A stretch of DNA of 64,000 bases, from assembly GCF_009914755.1 (NCBI RefSeq), contig NC_060925.1; one strand, given 5' to 3'. The position numbers and the translations under genes are program-made. The stretch is from the human T2T-CHM13v2.0 reference genome, Homo sapiens. Shown piece by piece: positions 10,961 to 24,659 of this stretch. The notes under the pieces are model-generated. The model searched no databases. It was not told the origin of the DNA and saw only the letters and a program-made list of their open reading frames with translations. Positions within the stretch are counted from its first letter, which is position 1; each line of letters starts with the position of its first letter.

Positions 10961-12789
10961 AGAAATTCAAAAACTTCAGGTATTCTCTCAGTTTCATCTT
11001 TTTTGAGCCCTCTCTCCTGGAATCCCCTAACTTGATCCAGTCTGTACCGATTGCTCTTAAGGAATGCTGCTATCTGTCAACTTGGGAACTCCCTTCACTG
11101 TCATCCTGGGGTTCTCTTTGCCTTCTCTTACACTGAGCCCTCTGTTTTCTGGATCCTTTCTCTTTCTTGGTTTACTCCCTTTTTTGATGGAGCATATCTT
11201 CCATTAGCTTCCTGAGAAAGCACACATGAGAGGTAGATTTATTTGGGAGCTTGTTGCATTTGATGTCTTTGGTCATACGTCATAGATAGTTTGGCTGGGT
11301 ATAGAAATTACGATTGAAATGATTTTTCTTCAGATTTTAAAGGTATTTCTCTATTGCTTTCTTGCTTCTTGTGCTGCTGTTGATAAGTCTAGAGATACTA
11401 ATTCTTAATATCTGAAAATAGCCTACTTTTTCTTTCTTGAAGTTTTGAAGATATTCTCTTTGTCTCAAGTGTTCTGAAATCCCATAGTGAGATGCCTTCA
11501 TGTAATCCTGTCTTCTCTATTGTTCTGGACATTCAGTTAATCTTTTTGATCTGGACATTTATAGTGATCAATCCTGGGTCATTTTCATAATTATTTCTTT
11601 GATCATTTTCTCTCTTGCCTTTTCATTGTTCTTTTTTTAGATTCTAAAGAATTATAAAATTCTCATTCTTTCTTATTTTCTATCTCTTTGTATTTTTATA
11701 GTCTTTAGATGGGGAGGGGGATGATATCTTAATTTTTTTTCTTTGAATGCCTCTATCGAGTTTTTGATTTCTATTATAATAATTTGAATTTGTATTTTGT
11801 TTTCTAATTATTACATTTCATACTACTTTTTCTTACTGCATAGATGGAGTCCCTTCTCTTACTTTCTGAGGATTGTGTTGATATAATTTTTAAAAATATT
11901 TCATCTCCCTGCATAGTCTGTTTTTTCCAAGTTACTTTAAAAAAATTCTCTGTTTTGTCTTGTCTTTCTGGGTAGAGGTTTTCTTCATATGGCTGACGAT
12001 TCTTTGCTGTTTGACCTTATTTAATAACAAGGTACTAAACTCTGATCAGAAGCTCTGTGTAATTGTGTGGGACGGCCAGACTCTGGACTTTATAGAGGGG
12101 GTCTGGCTGGGTCATTTTCTTGGTCAGTATCTTTATATCTTTCATCTTATTCTGCTTGGATTCCCCAGGGTAGACCCTTCTGATCTGTTTGGAAGGTACT
12201 GGACTGGCTATCAATGTTCTGGAGTGAAAAGATCGTAAACGTATGTATGCCACATTCACTGGATCCTTCATTTCAGCAGAGTAGCCTTTGTCTTTTACAT
12301 GGCTTGTCCCCTCCTATCCAGAGTCCCTCTGTTTTTCTCTTTTTAGAAAATAAACCTCGAATATTCCACTGGGGTGGGGAGAAGACCTGGGGGTCTAACT
12401 GCTTTCTAAGCAGACTTTTCCTGTTGTCAGCCCCATCTTTACCTCCATTTCCGGATATATCTCTTGTGCTGCCAATCCCTGAGTCTTCAGAGGTTTTGCA
12501 GGGTAAGAGGCTGAGTGGCTTTCTGGCTTTCCCCACTGCTGTCTGTAGGGATTCAGGTCTCTCAGATCTGCCAAGTCCGTGGCTTCTCATGCCGTTGCTT
12601 TCCAGGTTCCTACGCTTTGTTGTTGTTATCTTTTCCCCTGTTCTCTTTGACTTTGTGGGTTTATGCCTAAAACAACACAAAACACCACCAACAACAACAG
12701 TACTTTATAGAGAGGAAGCAGAGGTGAATGCATGCGTCCAAACCACACCTTTCTGTTTTCTACATCGCGGGGGAGATTTTGTTTGAGGT

Positions 12790-13305
12790 AAGAATTCCCA
12801 ATGCGTCTTATGTTTGGGAAGACTTAATTTTCAAAAGATGCTCATTCTTTCCAATTAATTTACAAATTATATTAGCAAGTCCAATGAAAGCCCCAACAAG
12901 ATCTTTTATAGGAGTTGACAAATTGTTTTTAAAGTTCATATAGGAGGCCAGGTGTGGTGGCTCACACCTGTAATACCAGCACTTTGGGAGGCTGAGGAGG
13001 ACAGATCACTTAAAGCCAAGAGTTCAAGACCAGCCTAGCCAACATGGTGAAACCCCGTCTCTACTAAAAATACAAAAATTATCTGGCCGTGGTGGCAAAC
13101 ACCTGTAATTACAGCTACTTGGGAGGCCGAGGCAAGAATAACTTGAACCCAAGCCTGCAATGAGCTGAGCTCGTGCCACTGTCCTCCAGCCTGGGTGACA
13201 CAGTGAGACTCTATCTCAAAAAATAAAATAAAATAAAATAAAGTTCATATAGGAGAATAAATGGCCAAGGAAAGCCAAGACAGTTCTATAAAAGAGGAGC
13301 AAGGA
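12790..13305 (+). mobile_element. L1 ORF2 remnant split by an Alu
   Basis: GGAAGACTTAATTTTCAAAAGATGCTCATTCTTTCC...AAAGTTCATATAGGA...GCCAAGACAGTTCT, a typical degenerate ORF2 segment. Confidence 0.65.
12946..13240 (+). mobile_element. Alu (S-type) with 15-bp TSD
   Basis: TSD AAAGTTCATATAGGA at 12931-12945 and 13240-13254; (TAAAA)n tail. Confidence 0.93.
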
Positions 13306-13596
13306 GGCCGGGCACAGTGGCTCATGCCTGTAATCCCAGCACTTTGGGAGGCTGAGGTGGGAGGATTGCTTGAGCTTAGGAGTTTGAGACCAGCCTGGGC
13401 AACATGGCAAAACCCCATCTCTACAAAAGATACAAAAATGAGCCAGGCATGGTGGTGTGCACCTGTAGTCCCAGCTACTTGGGAGGCTGAGGTGGGAGGA
13501 TCACCTGAGCCCAAGAGGTCGAGATTGCCGCTAGCCAAAATTGTGCCACTGCACTCCAGCACAAGCAACAGAGTGAAACCCTGTCTCAAAAAATAA

Positions 13597-13635
<39 letters not shown>
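13306..13635 (+). mobile_element. AluJ with (AAT)n tail
   Basis: Full sense Alu followed by an (AAT)n microsatellite. Confidence 0.92.
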
Positions 13636-13637
<2 letters not shown>

Positions 13638-13649
13638 TAGCAACTCCAC

Positions 13650-14205
13650 ATGCTGAACTGAAGAAGCAGCCTCGAGCTCTCTCTACCTTCCCTGCCCTTC
13701 CTGGCTGTCAAAGCCCAGGATAAAGCCATTCTCTGAAGTTCCCCTATCTCTCCAGAAACTGGACCCCCCCGAGAGAAACATAATTGCCTTCCACCCCTTC
13801 TCTGAAATTTTATTAACCAGAGAAGATTAAAACTGCAACCATAGAGAAAACCACTGAAAATTAAACGCCACATATAGAGCCCAAACTGAACTTCAAATTT
13901 TGTCCCAAACCATTGCTTGCTTTCCTCTTCCATTCAGTTTCCAGAGATTCATTCACAGGATAATGTCTGCCTCCTGGGTCCATTCATTTCATTCCCCCTA
14001 AAAACCGTTTACTTCTATGCCCCCTATTCCCTCTTCTCTCATGAAGAAGGGCATATAAGCATCTGGACCTCACTGGGCTATTGGGTAATGGTTCTCCTGT
14101 GATTGTCTCACGCTACGCATGTTAAATCTGTATGCCTTTTTCCCCTGGTAATGTGCCTTTTGTCGGTTCATTTTCGGTGACCCTTCAGGGGGCGAAGGGG
14201 AAGGC
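13650..14205 (+). mobile_element. ERV1 solo LTR (MER39/MER34-like)
   Basis: TATA-like GGGCATATAAGC and a 3' end ...CCTTCAGGGGGCGAAGGGGAAG resembling the MER39 family. Confidence 0.6.
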
Positions 14206-14946
14206 TTACTGAATGCCACTCACTCCATCACCAAGCTACATCCTCCCTCACTGTCCACTCCCCATGTACCACCTCTTGTCTGGTGGTGTGAGCAACTCAT
14301 TCCCCACCTCTCATCCAGATAGGTGAACAATCGGTTAGCACCCTGCTGAAGCTTTCACAACTTCCACTTTCTGCAAGAAAACCCTGGTCTTTCCTCCACC
14401 TACCCCTCCCAGCCCCAGCCCTCCAGACCGTGTGTGGGGCCTCCAGAGCTCCAGACTTCACATCTGCTGACTCGAACTTTGTAGAGACCGGGCTCCTCCC
14501 TGCACTTGCTTCCCAACCATGGAGGAGCTACTGTCTCTAAACCTCATTCAGGCTCCTCACCCTCTCCAGGCTTGTGGTTTGTAGCAGCTTTTGTTCCCAT
14601 GTCTGGCCCCCTCCACCAGTCTGTGAGTGTCCTAAGAACAGGAAGTGTGTCCCCAGCTCCCAGCACAGGGTTTCATACAAAGCAGACATCCACAAATGTT
14701 TGTTGAATGAATATTTGATTGATTGACCCAATGGGGGATCGAATGAATGCCCTGCTTTTCTGAAACATTGAAGAAGAGAGAGCTCAGATAGTTGGGCTTG
14801 GCATTTGTTTCATTTCTTTGATAGCTATGTACTGTATACACTTACTAGGCGTCAGGCCCTGTGCTTGGTGCTAAGGATAGGGCAATTAACAATGTGGAGA
14901 GGATCTCTCCCCTTGTGGGACTTAGAGTCTAACGGGGGAAACAGAC

Positions 14947-15301
14947 TGATATGGTTTGGCTATGTCTCCACCCAAATCTTACCTTGAATTGTAATAATCC
15001 CCACATGTCCAGGGTGGGGCCAGGAGGAGATAATTGAATCATGGGGGCAGTTTCTCTCATACTGTTCTGGTGGTAGTGAATAAGTCTCATGAGATCCGAT
15101 GGTTTTATAAAAGGCAGTTCCTCTGCACATGCACTCTTGCCTGCTACCATGTAAGACGTGCCTTTGCTCCTCCTTCGCCTTCTGCCATAATTGTGAGGCC
15201 TCCCCAGCCAGGTGGAACTGTGAGTCCCTTAAACCTCTTTCCTTATAAATTATCCAGTCTCAGGTATGTCTTTGTTAGCAGCATGAAAACGAACTAATAC
15301 A
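14947..15301 (+). mobile_element. THE1 (THE1B/C-like) MaLR solo LTR
   Basis: TGATATGGTTTGGCT...AACTAATACA termini with a perfect 5-bp TSD CAGAC (14942-14946 and 15302-15306). Confidence 0.93.
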
Positions 15302-15842
15302 CAGACATTCAACAAGTAGCTTCACAAATAATTATTTAATTTTAATCATGAAGGCTTCATGGATGACATGACATTTACACAGAGTCAGGAGTGGAAAGTA
15401 TGGGGAGGTGGGTGAGGTCTGGGAAAAGTGTGCTTGGTGGAGGGAACAGCATGGGCAAAGGCTCAGAGGAGGGCAAGAGTCCAGCCTGGTTTAGAAACTG
15501 AACAAAGGGGTCAGGGGCAGTGAAGAGAGGACAGAAAGGCAGGCTGGGCTGGGCCAGCATGGTCAGGTGGTCAAGGTGGTCACAGGTAAGCAGAGCATTG
15601 ACAAGCTCCTGATGGGTTTAATTTGATCTTGGGGTAGGTACATGACATGATCGGTTACATTCTTAAAGTTGTCTCTGGATAACTAGTTGTAGGGGGCCTG
15701 GGAGGTGGGGTTGGGGGTGTCCACACATACACAGGGACAGCCTGCAGCCCCCTGTCACCAAGGGCAGAAGGCAGGTGACTCCCATCTCCACCACTCCCCT
15801 GAGCCCCCCCTAGTGTCTTCTAAGGATTTACTTTTGTTGTCT

Positions 15843-15974
15843 TTTTTTTTCCTTGTTGTGGAGAATGGGGTCTCGCTATATGGCTCAGGCAGATCTTGAA
15901 TTCCTGAGCTCAAGCTACCCTCCTGCTTCTGCCTCCCTAAATGCTGGGATTACAGGTGTGAGCCACCATGCCCC
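15843..15974 (-). mobile_element. Alu monomer (FLAM-like)
   Basis: Antisense left-arm fragment. Confidence 0.75.
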
Positions 15975-16124
15975 ATGTAAGGGCTTACTTTTAAGGTAGC
16001 CCTGGGCTCCTGTCCCCACCACCCCTGAGGTAAACCTATATCTTCTGAACCCCCTGCCCCCATATACCCATCATAAGCTTCCCCAGGTACCCCACATCAT
16101 TGGAGAAAGGGGTGGCCTTTCCCA

Positions 16125-16545
16125 ACTTGAATGGTGACCCCAAAAATGATGCATTCACATGCTAAGCTCTGGGACCTGTGAATATTACTTCATATGGCAA
16201 AACAGTGAATATTACCTTATATGGTGGCATATGTGATTAAGTTAGGGATTTTGAGGTGAGATGATGTGGAATTATCTGGATGGGCTGTAAACACCATCAC
16301 AAGCATCTTTATATAAAGAGGCAAAGGAGAGTAACAGACAAGAGGAGGAGGTGATGGGGCTGTGGAGGCAGATATCAGACAGGTGCAGCCTCGAGTCAAA
16401 GGATTCTCCTCTCAAGCCTCCAGAGGGAGCGAGGCCCTGCCTACACCCTGATTTCAGACTTGAGGCCTCCAGAGCTGGGAAATAATAAACTGCTGCTGTC
16501 CCAAGCCACCCAGCTTGTGGTGTGGTGCCGTGGCAGCCCCAGAGA
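16125..16545 (+). mobile_element. MLT1 (C/D-like) MaLR LTR
   Basis: GATTAAGTTAGGGATTTTGAG, CCTCCAGAG motifs and AATAAACTGCTGCTG...AAGCCACCCAG end. Confidence 0.7.
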
Positions 16546-18569
16546 GGGAAGGTGCAGGCAGAGACCCCGCTTGCTGACTGGGGTTTTTGTTAAATGGGTC
16601 TGATGTCCTGGACCTCACTGGCTGGGCCAGTGTCCGGAGTGCCCAGCCCAGGGCTTGCTGCACCTCCGTTGCTCAATGTGCATTTGTTGAATCAAATTGA
16701 GGAGAGTTTGCAAGTGGACAAGGCTGGGCTTGTCAACCAAGCAACCTGTATTCAAGTCCTGGCTCTGCCAGTTACTTAAGCAATGTGACCCACAGCACGT
16801 GACACAACCCCCACATCTGTAAAATGAGTGTGATGCCAGCACCCATCTCCTAGACAAGGCGGGGAATGGGAAGGGCCCAGGCCCTGAGGAGGGGATGTCT
16901 GCTGCGAGAGTTAGATCACCTTTGGTATCAGACGGCACGGGGTTTGAATGTAGGTCTGCTGCATGCTGGCTGTGTATCTGAGGCCAATGTCTTACCCTCT
17001 CTGAAGCTGTATGGCCCTCTGAGGGTCTGGAAGGCATCAGGGAATTGGACTGGGGGCAGCTCTCAGCAGGTGGTTTCAACAGTGTCCTCTGGACCTCAGG
17101 GATCAGCCCACAGGCTTGGACGTGCCCATCGGCTCACCCCAGGCGTCTCCTCCCTTGACCTCAGCCCCTCACAGGGCCTAGAAGCCAGGGACCCCCAGAA
17201 AGTGGTCCTGTCACTCAGGGGGAGCTGCCCTCCAGGCTTCTTGTGGGGGGTGCTGAGGAGAAGTTGCTCCCACTCCTCCCTGTTCCTAACTCCCCTCACC
17301 CCACCCCGCCCTGCCCCCTGCTCACAGAGGTTTGATTTCCCCCTTTCGAGGAAACAGATCAAAGAACCTGAAGTTGCCTCCCACAAAAAGGAAAAAAACT
17401 TGCCAGCTCTCTCCCCACCCCAGGCCTCAGAGAGGCAACTGTGTGCCTACATTTCCCCTTACGTCTCACCCCCACCCTCGTCCTTACACTCACCCTCACG
17501 TGATGACCGGGGCGTCACTATCAGTCCCCATTTACCAGGTGGGAAAACTGAGGCTTAGGCCAAGCACGGCACTGACCCCGGGGGCTAGGGCTGCTCCACA
17601 GGCCTGAGCCCAGCGGCTGGGCTCTGACCTTTGTGGCCTCCCCCAGGCCTGCCCCACTGCACCCTTCACCGGCTTTTTTCCCCTCCCGATGGTGCTGTCT
17701 GCCTCTCCTCCCTGGTAACAAAAGTGACGCGTGGTTCATACTGAACAGTTGAAAAGACTAAAAAAAAATCTTAAAAATCACTCCTGTCCTGTTATCCAGA
17801 ATGAAACACTGTCAACGTTTTGGGGTGTTTCTTCCTCTTGAGCTCAAGCTGTCTTTTCATCTTTCCTTCTTTCTTTCTCCAAATATCCCCCCCCATATTT
17901 CCAAATGTTCCCCCATACCTAAATTTTCCTGACTTCTCCCCCACAGAGACAGACTCTCTTTTAACACAACTGGCATTCTTACCCAGAGCACACAAGCTTC
18001 AGGGACCCCCGAAATCCCGACACAAAAGTATATAAAACGTGTGGTCTCCAGCGAGAGGGTCTCTGGCTTTCATAAAGTTCCCAAAGGGTTCTGGAACCCG
18101 AATAAAGGTTAAGAACCCCTCCTCTGCCTGGGTTTTTTTTTTTTTTTTGGGATGGGCCCCTGCTGGCCCAGGCCACAGACAGGGGCTGTAACTGTGGAAG
18201 GGGCTCGCCAACCGGGCCCACTCACTCTAGGGAGGTGATCGCCACACAAACATGGTCATGGATGTGCCGGGGGTTCTCTGCAGTATGACCCCGAGGACAG
18301 GAGTGTGTTTTGGGGGGTGGTCCGTGGCTCCCCTACACGTGGCATTTGTGAAAATATAGCTTCCCAGAATGGCAGACTGGCTTCTGCCCACTCAAATGCA
18401 ACCTGCACCCCTCCAGCCACTCCACTTTCCTGCACTTGGAAAAGTCAGAAACGTGCCCTCTGGTTTCTGAGCTTTGCAGAGCCAAAGAGGTGCACTGGCC
18501 CCTTTCGGAGTGGCTCCCCGGGGCAGTGTGCCAAAACAGAGGGACAGATGACTTTCTTCTGCTCGCAGG

Positions 18570-19750
18570 TATTTATTTTGCACCTGCTATGTTCTAGGCA
18601 CAAATCAGGTCTAAGATTCACAGTGAACCAGATAAAGTCTCTGTCCCTCTGGAGCTGGGTCCTAGGCAGAGATGATAAAGAATGGAGGAGTAAGTGTGTG
18701 CCATGGCAGGTGGCATCCACATCTGGGGAAAATAAAGCAGGGAAAGGGATGGAGTGAGGGAGGGCCTATTTTAGGTGGGTGGTCAGGGACACTTCTCTCA
18801 GCAGGGGACATGTGAGCAGAGACCCAGAGGAAAGAAGGGGTGAGCCCCATACATGGGGTAGGCAGATGCCTTCCAGGCCGAGGGAACGGCAAACACAGCA
18901 CGTGTGGAGGGACAGGAAGAAGCCCCCGTGTCGCTGTTTTCTCAGCTCCAGAACGCTGGGGGCTCATCTCGCCAGCCCTCAGCTGAGGCCATGGTGGTGG
19001 TTTGGGAGCACAGCTCAAGATGACTTTGAACCTAGGGTTGGCTGATCTAGTGCATAAAAATGTGGGACGTCAAATATTACCTGGGCCATACCAAATAGTT
19101 GTTGCCTTTCTGAAATTCTAATTTAACTGGACATTCTGTATTTTGTCTGGTGATGCTGTCTGGTCCTGGACCATGGACAGAGGTTGATTTAGAAGGGAAA
19201 GCTGCTGTTCCCTGACACAGCATTTGTACTTAGCCGTGGGCAGGCAGTAGGGAGCCACGGGAGGGTATTGAGCAGGGGAGAGGCAGGCTCCAATTTGCAT
19301 TTCCGAAAAGTCACCTGGGTGACTGCAGGGTGGCACTGGACGGGGAGTGGTGGGGAGAGAGGATTGGTGGCAGGAGATGTCCAGGCTTCTGTGATGTCCA
19401 GGACTGGGGCTGAGGCCTGACACGGGACAGTGGCTTTGTGGAAAGGGGAGAGATGGATTTAAGAAGTGTTTAGAAAGCTGAGTCAAATGAGTCAAGGCTG
19501 GCCCAGATTTGTGGCCTGGAGACTGGACGGTGGTGAGGAGCACAGCAGGGCCTGTTGAGGTGTGGTGGGATGAGGGTGGAGCCTTTAGGAACATGGGGGT
19601 GGACCCTGTTAGGTCAGAGTGTGAGGGGTTCACACTGGCCCTGCCATGTCTGAGGAGGTCTCTCCTACAGCTCTGGAGCCCACGAGAGAAGACAGGAGTT
19701 TGGGCATCCATCAGTTGTCCAGACGTGGCCATGGAAATGTTGTGCCTAAG
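18570..19750 (-). mobile_element. L2 fragments with an inserted MER53-like DNA transposon (about 19034-19158)
   Basis: L2-like antisense text; MER53-like AGGGTTG...TCTGAAATTCTAATTTAACTGGACATTCTGTATTTT. Confidence 0.55.
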
Positions 19751-22115
19751 GAGATAGGTCAGAGGGCAGGAAGCTGGGATGTGTCAGGCTTTGAGGGTGG
19801 GGCGGGGTGAGCATAGAAGGTGACTGGGTGGGTTCAGGGATGAGGGGAGTCCAAGGAGGCCTGTAAGGAAGGGGTCATAAATAGGGTGCGGTGACCAGGA
19901 TCCGCTGGCGAGTTATCAGGGGCAATTTCAGGTGGTGAGTGGGTCTCGCAGGAGAGGCCGGCAGAAGGCAGACAACATGCGCTTATTCACTCATCCATTC
20001 ACAGATTCGTTCTTTCTTTCAGCCTGGGGGCAAAGAGGAACATGACCCCCCAGGAGCCCAGGGCTGGAAGGGCTAAGGGGGTGTGGTCAGGGGCCTGGAG
20101 AGTAGGGATAGGAAGGGGATGGCCCTGAGGAACAGAGGGCTCAGTGGGAGATGAGAGGGAGAACTGTCTGGGGCAACGTCTGGAAGCCCTTGACAGTGGG
20201 GAGTTGATGGAGAGCAACCTCTCCTGGAGGGCTGCATGGAGGTGGTGTCTTTCGAGACAGCCAGGTTCAGGCAAGTGGGATGTGAAAAGAAACTCCCAGA
20301 AGACCTTGAATCTTCAGCACACTGGTGACCATGGCCTGGGGACCCAAGGTGCTCTGTGGCAAGGTTTGGTGTGATGAGGAGAGAGGATGTCAAGGTACAG
20401 GAAGCTCCAGTGATGAGCAGGGGAACTCTGGGCCAAAAGGGACAGGGTTTGGCTTCAGAAGTCCCAGGGCCCCCAGTCTGTCCCTTTCCCTGCTTGTTGC
20501 CTCCTGTTCCCACCCCCCAGAATCCCTATGCTTTTCTATCCATTTCCAGAAAACAATGGAAATGCCTTCCCTGTGAGTCCTCCTGGATGGCAGAGCCCCC
20601 TGCCCAGGCCCACACTTGCATCCTAGTGAGGACCAAAGCAGGCCCTGGGCCAGGGGAGGCAGCTGTCCTGGTGGATTCCAGGCAGTGGGAAGCAGAGGAC
20701 AGGGAGAGATCCTCCCAGCGGTGCAGAGCCTGCTCCTGCAATTGCATTAGGAGCCCGATCCCCCCATGTTATTCTGGGGTCCCACCACACCATGTGACCC
20801 AATAATGACAGCAGAGTACTTGCTCCCAACCCTCACCAGAGCTACAGTAGCATTTCCAAGGCAAAGCAGCCAGAGAAAGAGAGAAATCAAGACACTTCCC
20901 TCATGGCTCTGCAGACTCTGCACATTAAGGCACATCAGATAAGCTTCTTTTCTTGTATGTGGTCAAAGTGTCAGACGAGCTGGCTGCTGTCTGCCTCCCT
21001 CCGTGGTTCTCACTGCTTGTCTGGGCCTCCAGGAAGCCTGGGGAGGATGTAGGCAGAGACCACTCACCATGGAGCCTGGGCTGGGGTGGAATCCTCAGCC
21101 CCATTAAAATCCCAGGAAATGCAAAATACCTGGTCCTCTCCTGGTCTACAATCTCCCATGGCTCCCTAGGACCACAGCGTCACCACTATACTCCTCAGCC
21201 TGGTGTTGGGGTCCTTCTAGGTAACCCTCTTCCTGCTTCTCCCCATGCACCTTATACTGGCCAGGATGGAATATGCTCTGTGCCTTTCAGCCTCCAGGTC
21301 ATTGCCCACAGGGCTCTCTCCTCTCAGAATTCCCTCCCTTCTTCTGCCATTGTCTAAATCCTGCTCATCCTTCATGACCCAGCTTGCATATGCCTCCTCC
21401 AGGAAGTCCCCAGCTGCCAGGCTCATCATCTATTCTTTGTAGTCAAGATGTCAGCATCTAGGAATCTGTTTGCCCTTTAGTGCCCAGCACTGTGTGGTAT
21501 GCGGCATGGGCACCCATAAATGCTTTTGTTGAATTTTTTACCCTGTTCAGCTTAAACTCACATATATTAGGAACCTACTCCAGGCAGGCCTCCCTAAAAA
21601 CTTCACATACTGGGTTGGGCCTCCTTAAATTTCCATAATGATGTGGTGATGTCAGTATCACTGCCTCCATTCATATGTCAGGAAACAGGCTCAGAGATGC
21701 CAGGGGACACCCCCTAGTCACATTGCCAAGAAGTGTCCGAGTTGGGCCTATGCCGAGGCCTTTCTGGGTTCAGATTCTGGCTGTTTCTACTACCTGCTTT
21801 GTCTGTCCAGCTGGAACACCTTGTAGCACTTCTATGTAACTGGGTCTTAGAAGAAAGAGAAGGGTGACCTGCTGTTTCCATGCTTACTTTGATTTCAACC
21901 ACTCTTTATTATTTCTTTTCTTATAACAAAAGAAATGTATGCTCTGGTCTGACCCTTGATTCCAGTGCTCTTTCCAAGATACCCCAACGCCTCTGTTTCA
22001 GGTGGACTCCCTGAGTCAGAGAAGGTGGGAAGGTGACCTGGTCCACGCCCCCTGCCTCCAGGCAACCGACTGTATCAGGACCGATTTGGTTATTGCAAGT
22101 TACAAAACCCAGCTC

Positions 22116-22470
22116 TGATGGTAATTTTATGTGTCAACTTGCCTAGGCCAGAGTGCCCCAATATATCATCAAGCACTAGTCTAAACACTGCTAGGAAGGT
22201 ACTCTTTAGATAAGATTAACATTTAAATCAGTCAATTTTGAGTAAAGCAGGTGACCCTCCATAATGTGGGTGGGCCTCATCCTATCAGGTGACCATCTTC
22301 AGAGAAAAAGGACTGACTTCCCCAAGGAAGAGGGATTTCTGCCTGCAATCTGTCTTCAGACTCAAGCTGCAACATCAGCTTTTCCCTGGGTCTCCAGCCT
22401 GTCAGCCTACCCTGCAGATTTTGGACTTGTCAGCCTCCACAATTGCATGAGCCAATTCCTTAAAATAAAT
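22116..22470 (+). mobile_element. MLT2 (ERVL) LTR nested in an older MLT1-type LTR
   Basis: TGATGGTAATTTTATGTGTCAACTTG start and AGCCAATTCCTTAAAATAAAT near the end. Confidence 0.75.
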
Positions 22471-23649
22471 CCCTCCCCGACCCTGGCTCCCCTCCACCCC
22501 TTTTGTTCTGCTTTCCTCTGTGCTGGCTTCATTCTTGAGAAGGCTCTTCTTACAAACTGCAAAGAAGGCAGCCAGCAGCTCTAACTTACTGCTGAAGCTT
22601 AGCAAACCAGATAAAGGGAGGGCCTGTTTTTCAATAATTCCAGCAAAAGTTCCGGGGCTGACACTCATTGGCTTGGCTCAGTTCACATGACCATTGATTC
22701 CTGAGCCAATTGCTGTGGCTCTGGCGGGCTAGGGGGCCAGGTAGCCCTCCATTCTGTGGTCTGACAATGATTCCTACATGTTTGCCTTGAAGTAGATCCC
22801 TGGACTTGGACCAGCCTGACAGGGGAACTGCAAATCTGAAGGAAAAAAATCACTCGAATATAGTGGAGCCCTGGGGTTGGTGGAATGGGGTTGGGGGGAA
22901 TCAAGCTTTAAATATCCCCCCAGGGAGTTCGCTAAAACTGAAACATTCAGGGAACTCGCTTATGACTCCCCCTCCCCACCAACCCCCAGGCTCCATGGAC
23001 CTCAGGGCTCCTTTAGTTCCTGCCGTGGCTTAATGCTTGAACTTTCTCTACAGCATTCTGAAGTGGCCACATATTCTGGTGATGGGGAGCTCATTACCTG
23101 TCATGGCAGTCCATGCCATTTTGGGCTAGCTTGGACTGGGAGAAAGTTCTCCTTTATGTCCAGCTGAAGTCAGCCTCTGTATCTCTACTCATCAGTCCCA
23201 GTTCTGCCCTCTACCCATCCCCGCTCCCTCGCCGCTTCCTGCCTGCCTCAGCCCCAGTACTAGGCTAATCCCTCATCCACACTATCCAGGCCTCTAAGTC
23301 AGCTCTCCCATCAGGTGCTCTCCAGACGCCGGACTGAGGACATCGCTCATGTTATCTCATGTCCTCCTGCCTGAGGCAGGCACTGTTACTGTGCCTGTTT
23401 TACAGAGGAGGAGACGGAGCATCAGCGACACGAAGCGACCTGCTTAAGATCACCCGACTAATACAAGGCTGAGCAGGAGGCCAGCTCTGACTCCAAAGCC
23501 CATGTTCTTTGCCATCAGGTACCCTGCCCTCAACTGTTCCTCAAATGCCATGATTTTGAGAACATCCTGCTACCCTGAAACCCTTCTTCTGCTAATGGTC
23601 CAGTAGATCAAAGCTTCCCAAAGTGGGATACCCACAACTGAATTATAAT

Positions 23650-24240
23650 GATCAGGATTCCTGTAGTTCTGTATTATGGAAATTCCCTGCAAACTGGCTT
23701 AATCATTGGCTCATACAACTGAAAATTTCAGGGGCAGATGACTTCAGGCATGGCTGCATCCAGAAGCTCAAACAACACGATTAGGACTCAGATCCTCTTA
23801 TTCTCCCTCTCAGCTCTCCACAGTGCTCTACTCTGTCTTAGCCTCACTTTCAGGCAGGCCTCTCCCCTTAGTGGCCCTCAGCAACTAAAGCTTTGTATTT
23901 TATCAGTTTAACAATTCCAAGGGAAAGAGCTTCCCCTCTCTATCCTTCTAGGCAAAGTCTCAGGACTGATTATCATTGGCTGGGCTTGGGTCATGTGCTC
24001 TCACTTAAACCGATGATTAGATATAGGATCCAGTGCTGATTGGCCAGGCCTGGGTCATGTGCTCATCTCTTGAGCTGCGGAGTGAGCTCAAGAGATGGTG
24101 GAGCTCAAGCTTGGGTGGAGTATCATTCTACCCGAATCACATGCATTGAAAGTATGTGTGTGTTTGCTGGGGGAGTTCCCCAAAGGAGAATAAAGGTGCT
24201 GTTCACAGAAGAAGTGAAAATGGACGGCAGACACACACAC
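23650..24240 (-). mobile_element. Old MLT1 (K/J-like) LTR
   Basis: CTTCAGGCATGGCTGCATCCAG and duplicated ATTGGC...CTGGGTCATGTGCTC motifs. Similar copies lie at about 22480-22760 and 26225-26720. Confidence 0.6.
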
Positions 24241-24659
24241 AGAAGTCTACTCCTGAGCCAAAATTTCTCTATTTCCCTATTGCTGGGCACTGGGTGCAGG
24301 TGTGTGAGCTAAAGGGAATGCTTACCTCCTTTTTCTGGGTGCCCTTCTTTTAGTAATGCAGTCGAGAATCCCAAAGTCAATTTTCGCAGCCGTGTCACCC
24401 AGTCGATGCCCCTCTAAGTGCTGACTCCTGCCCCACACACCACAGCTCAGCCCAGCCTCTTCCTGCTGTGCTTTGGACGCAAGTCCAGCACTTGTCCTGG
24501 TGTCCCTCTGACATCCTATCTTGTTACACTCAAATGAAAGCCTCCTGGCGGCCAGGGTCTTTGTCTGCCTTGTTCACTGTTGTGTCCTCTGCAACCTAGA
24601 ACAACACTCAGTCCATATGCTCAGTGAATGTTTGTGGAATGAATGAATGAGACCAGCCT

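Noticed and set aside
15199-15211. PRDM9 hotspot motif in the THE1 LTR
   Set aside because: CCTCCCCAGCCAG misses CCNCCNTNNCCNC at positions 7 and 13.
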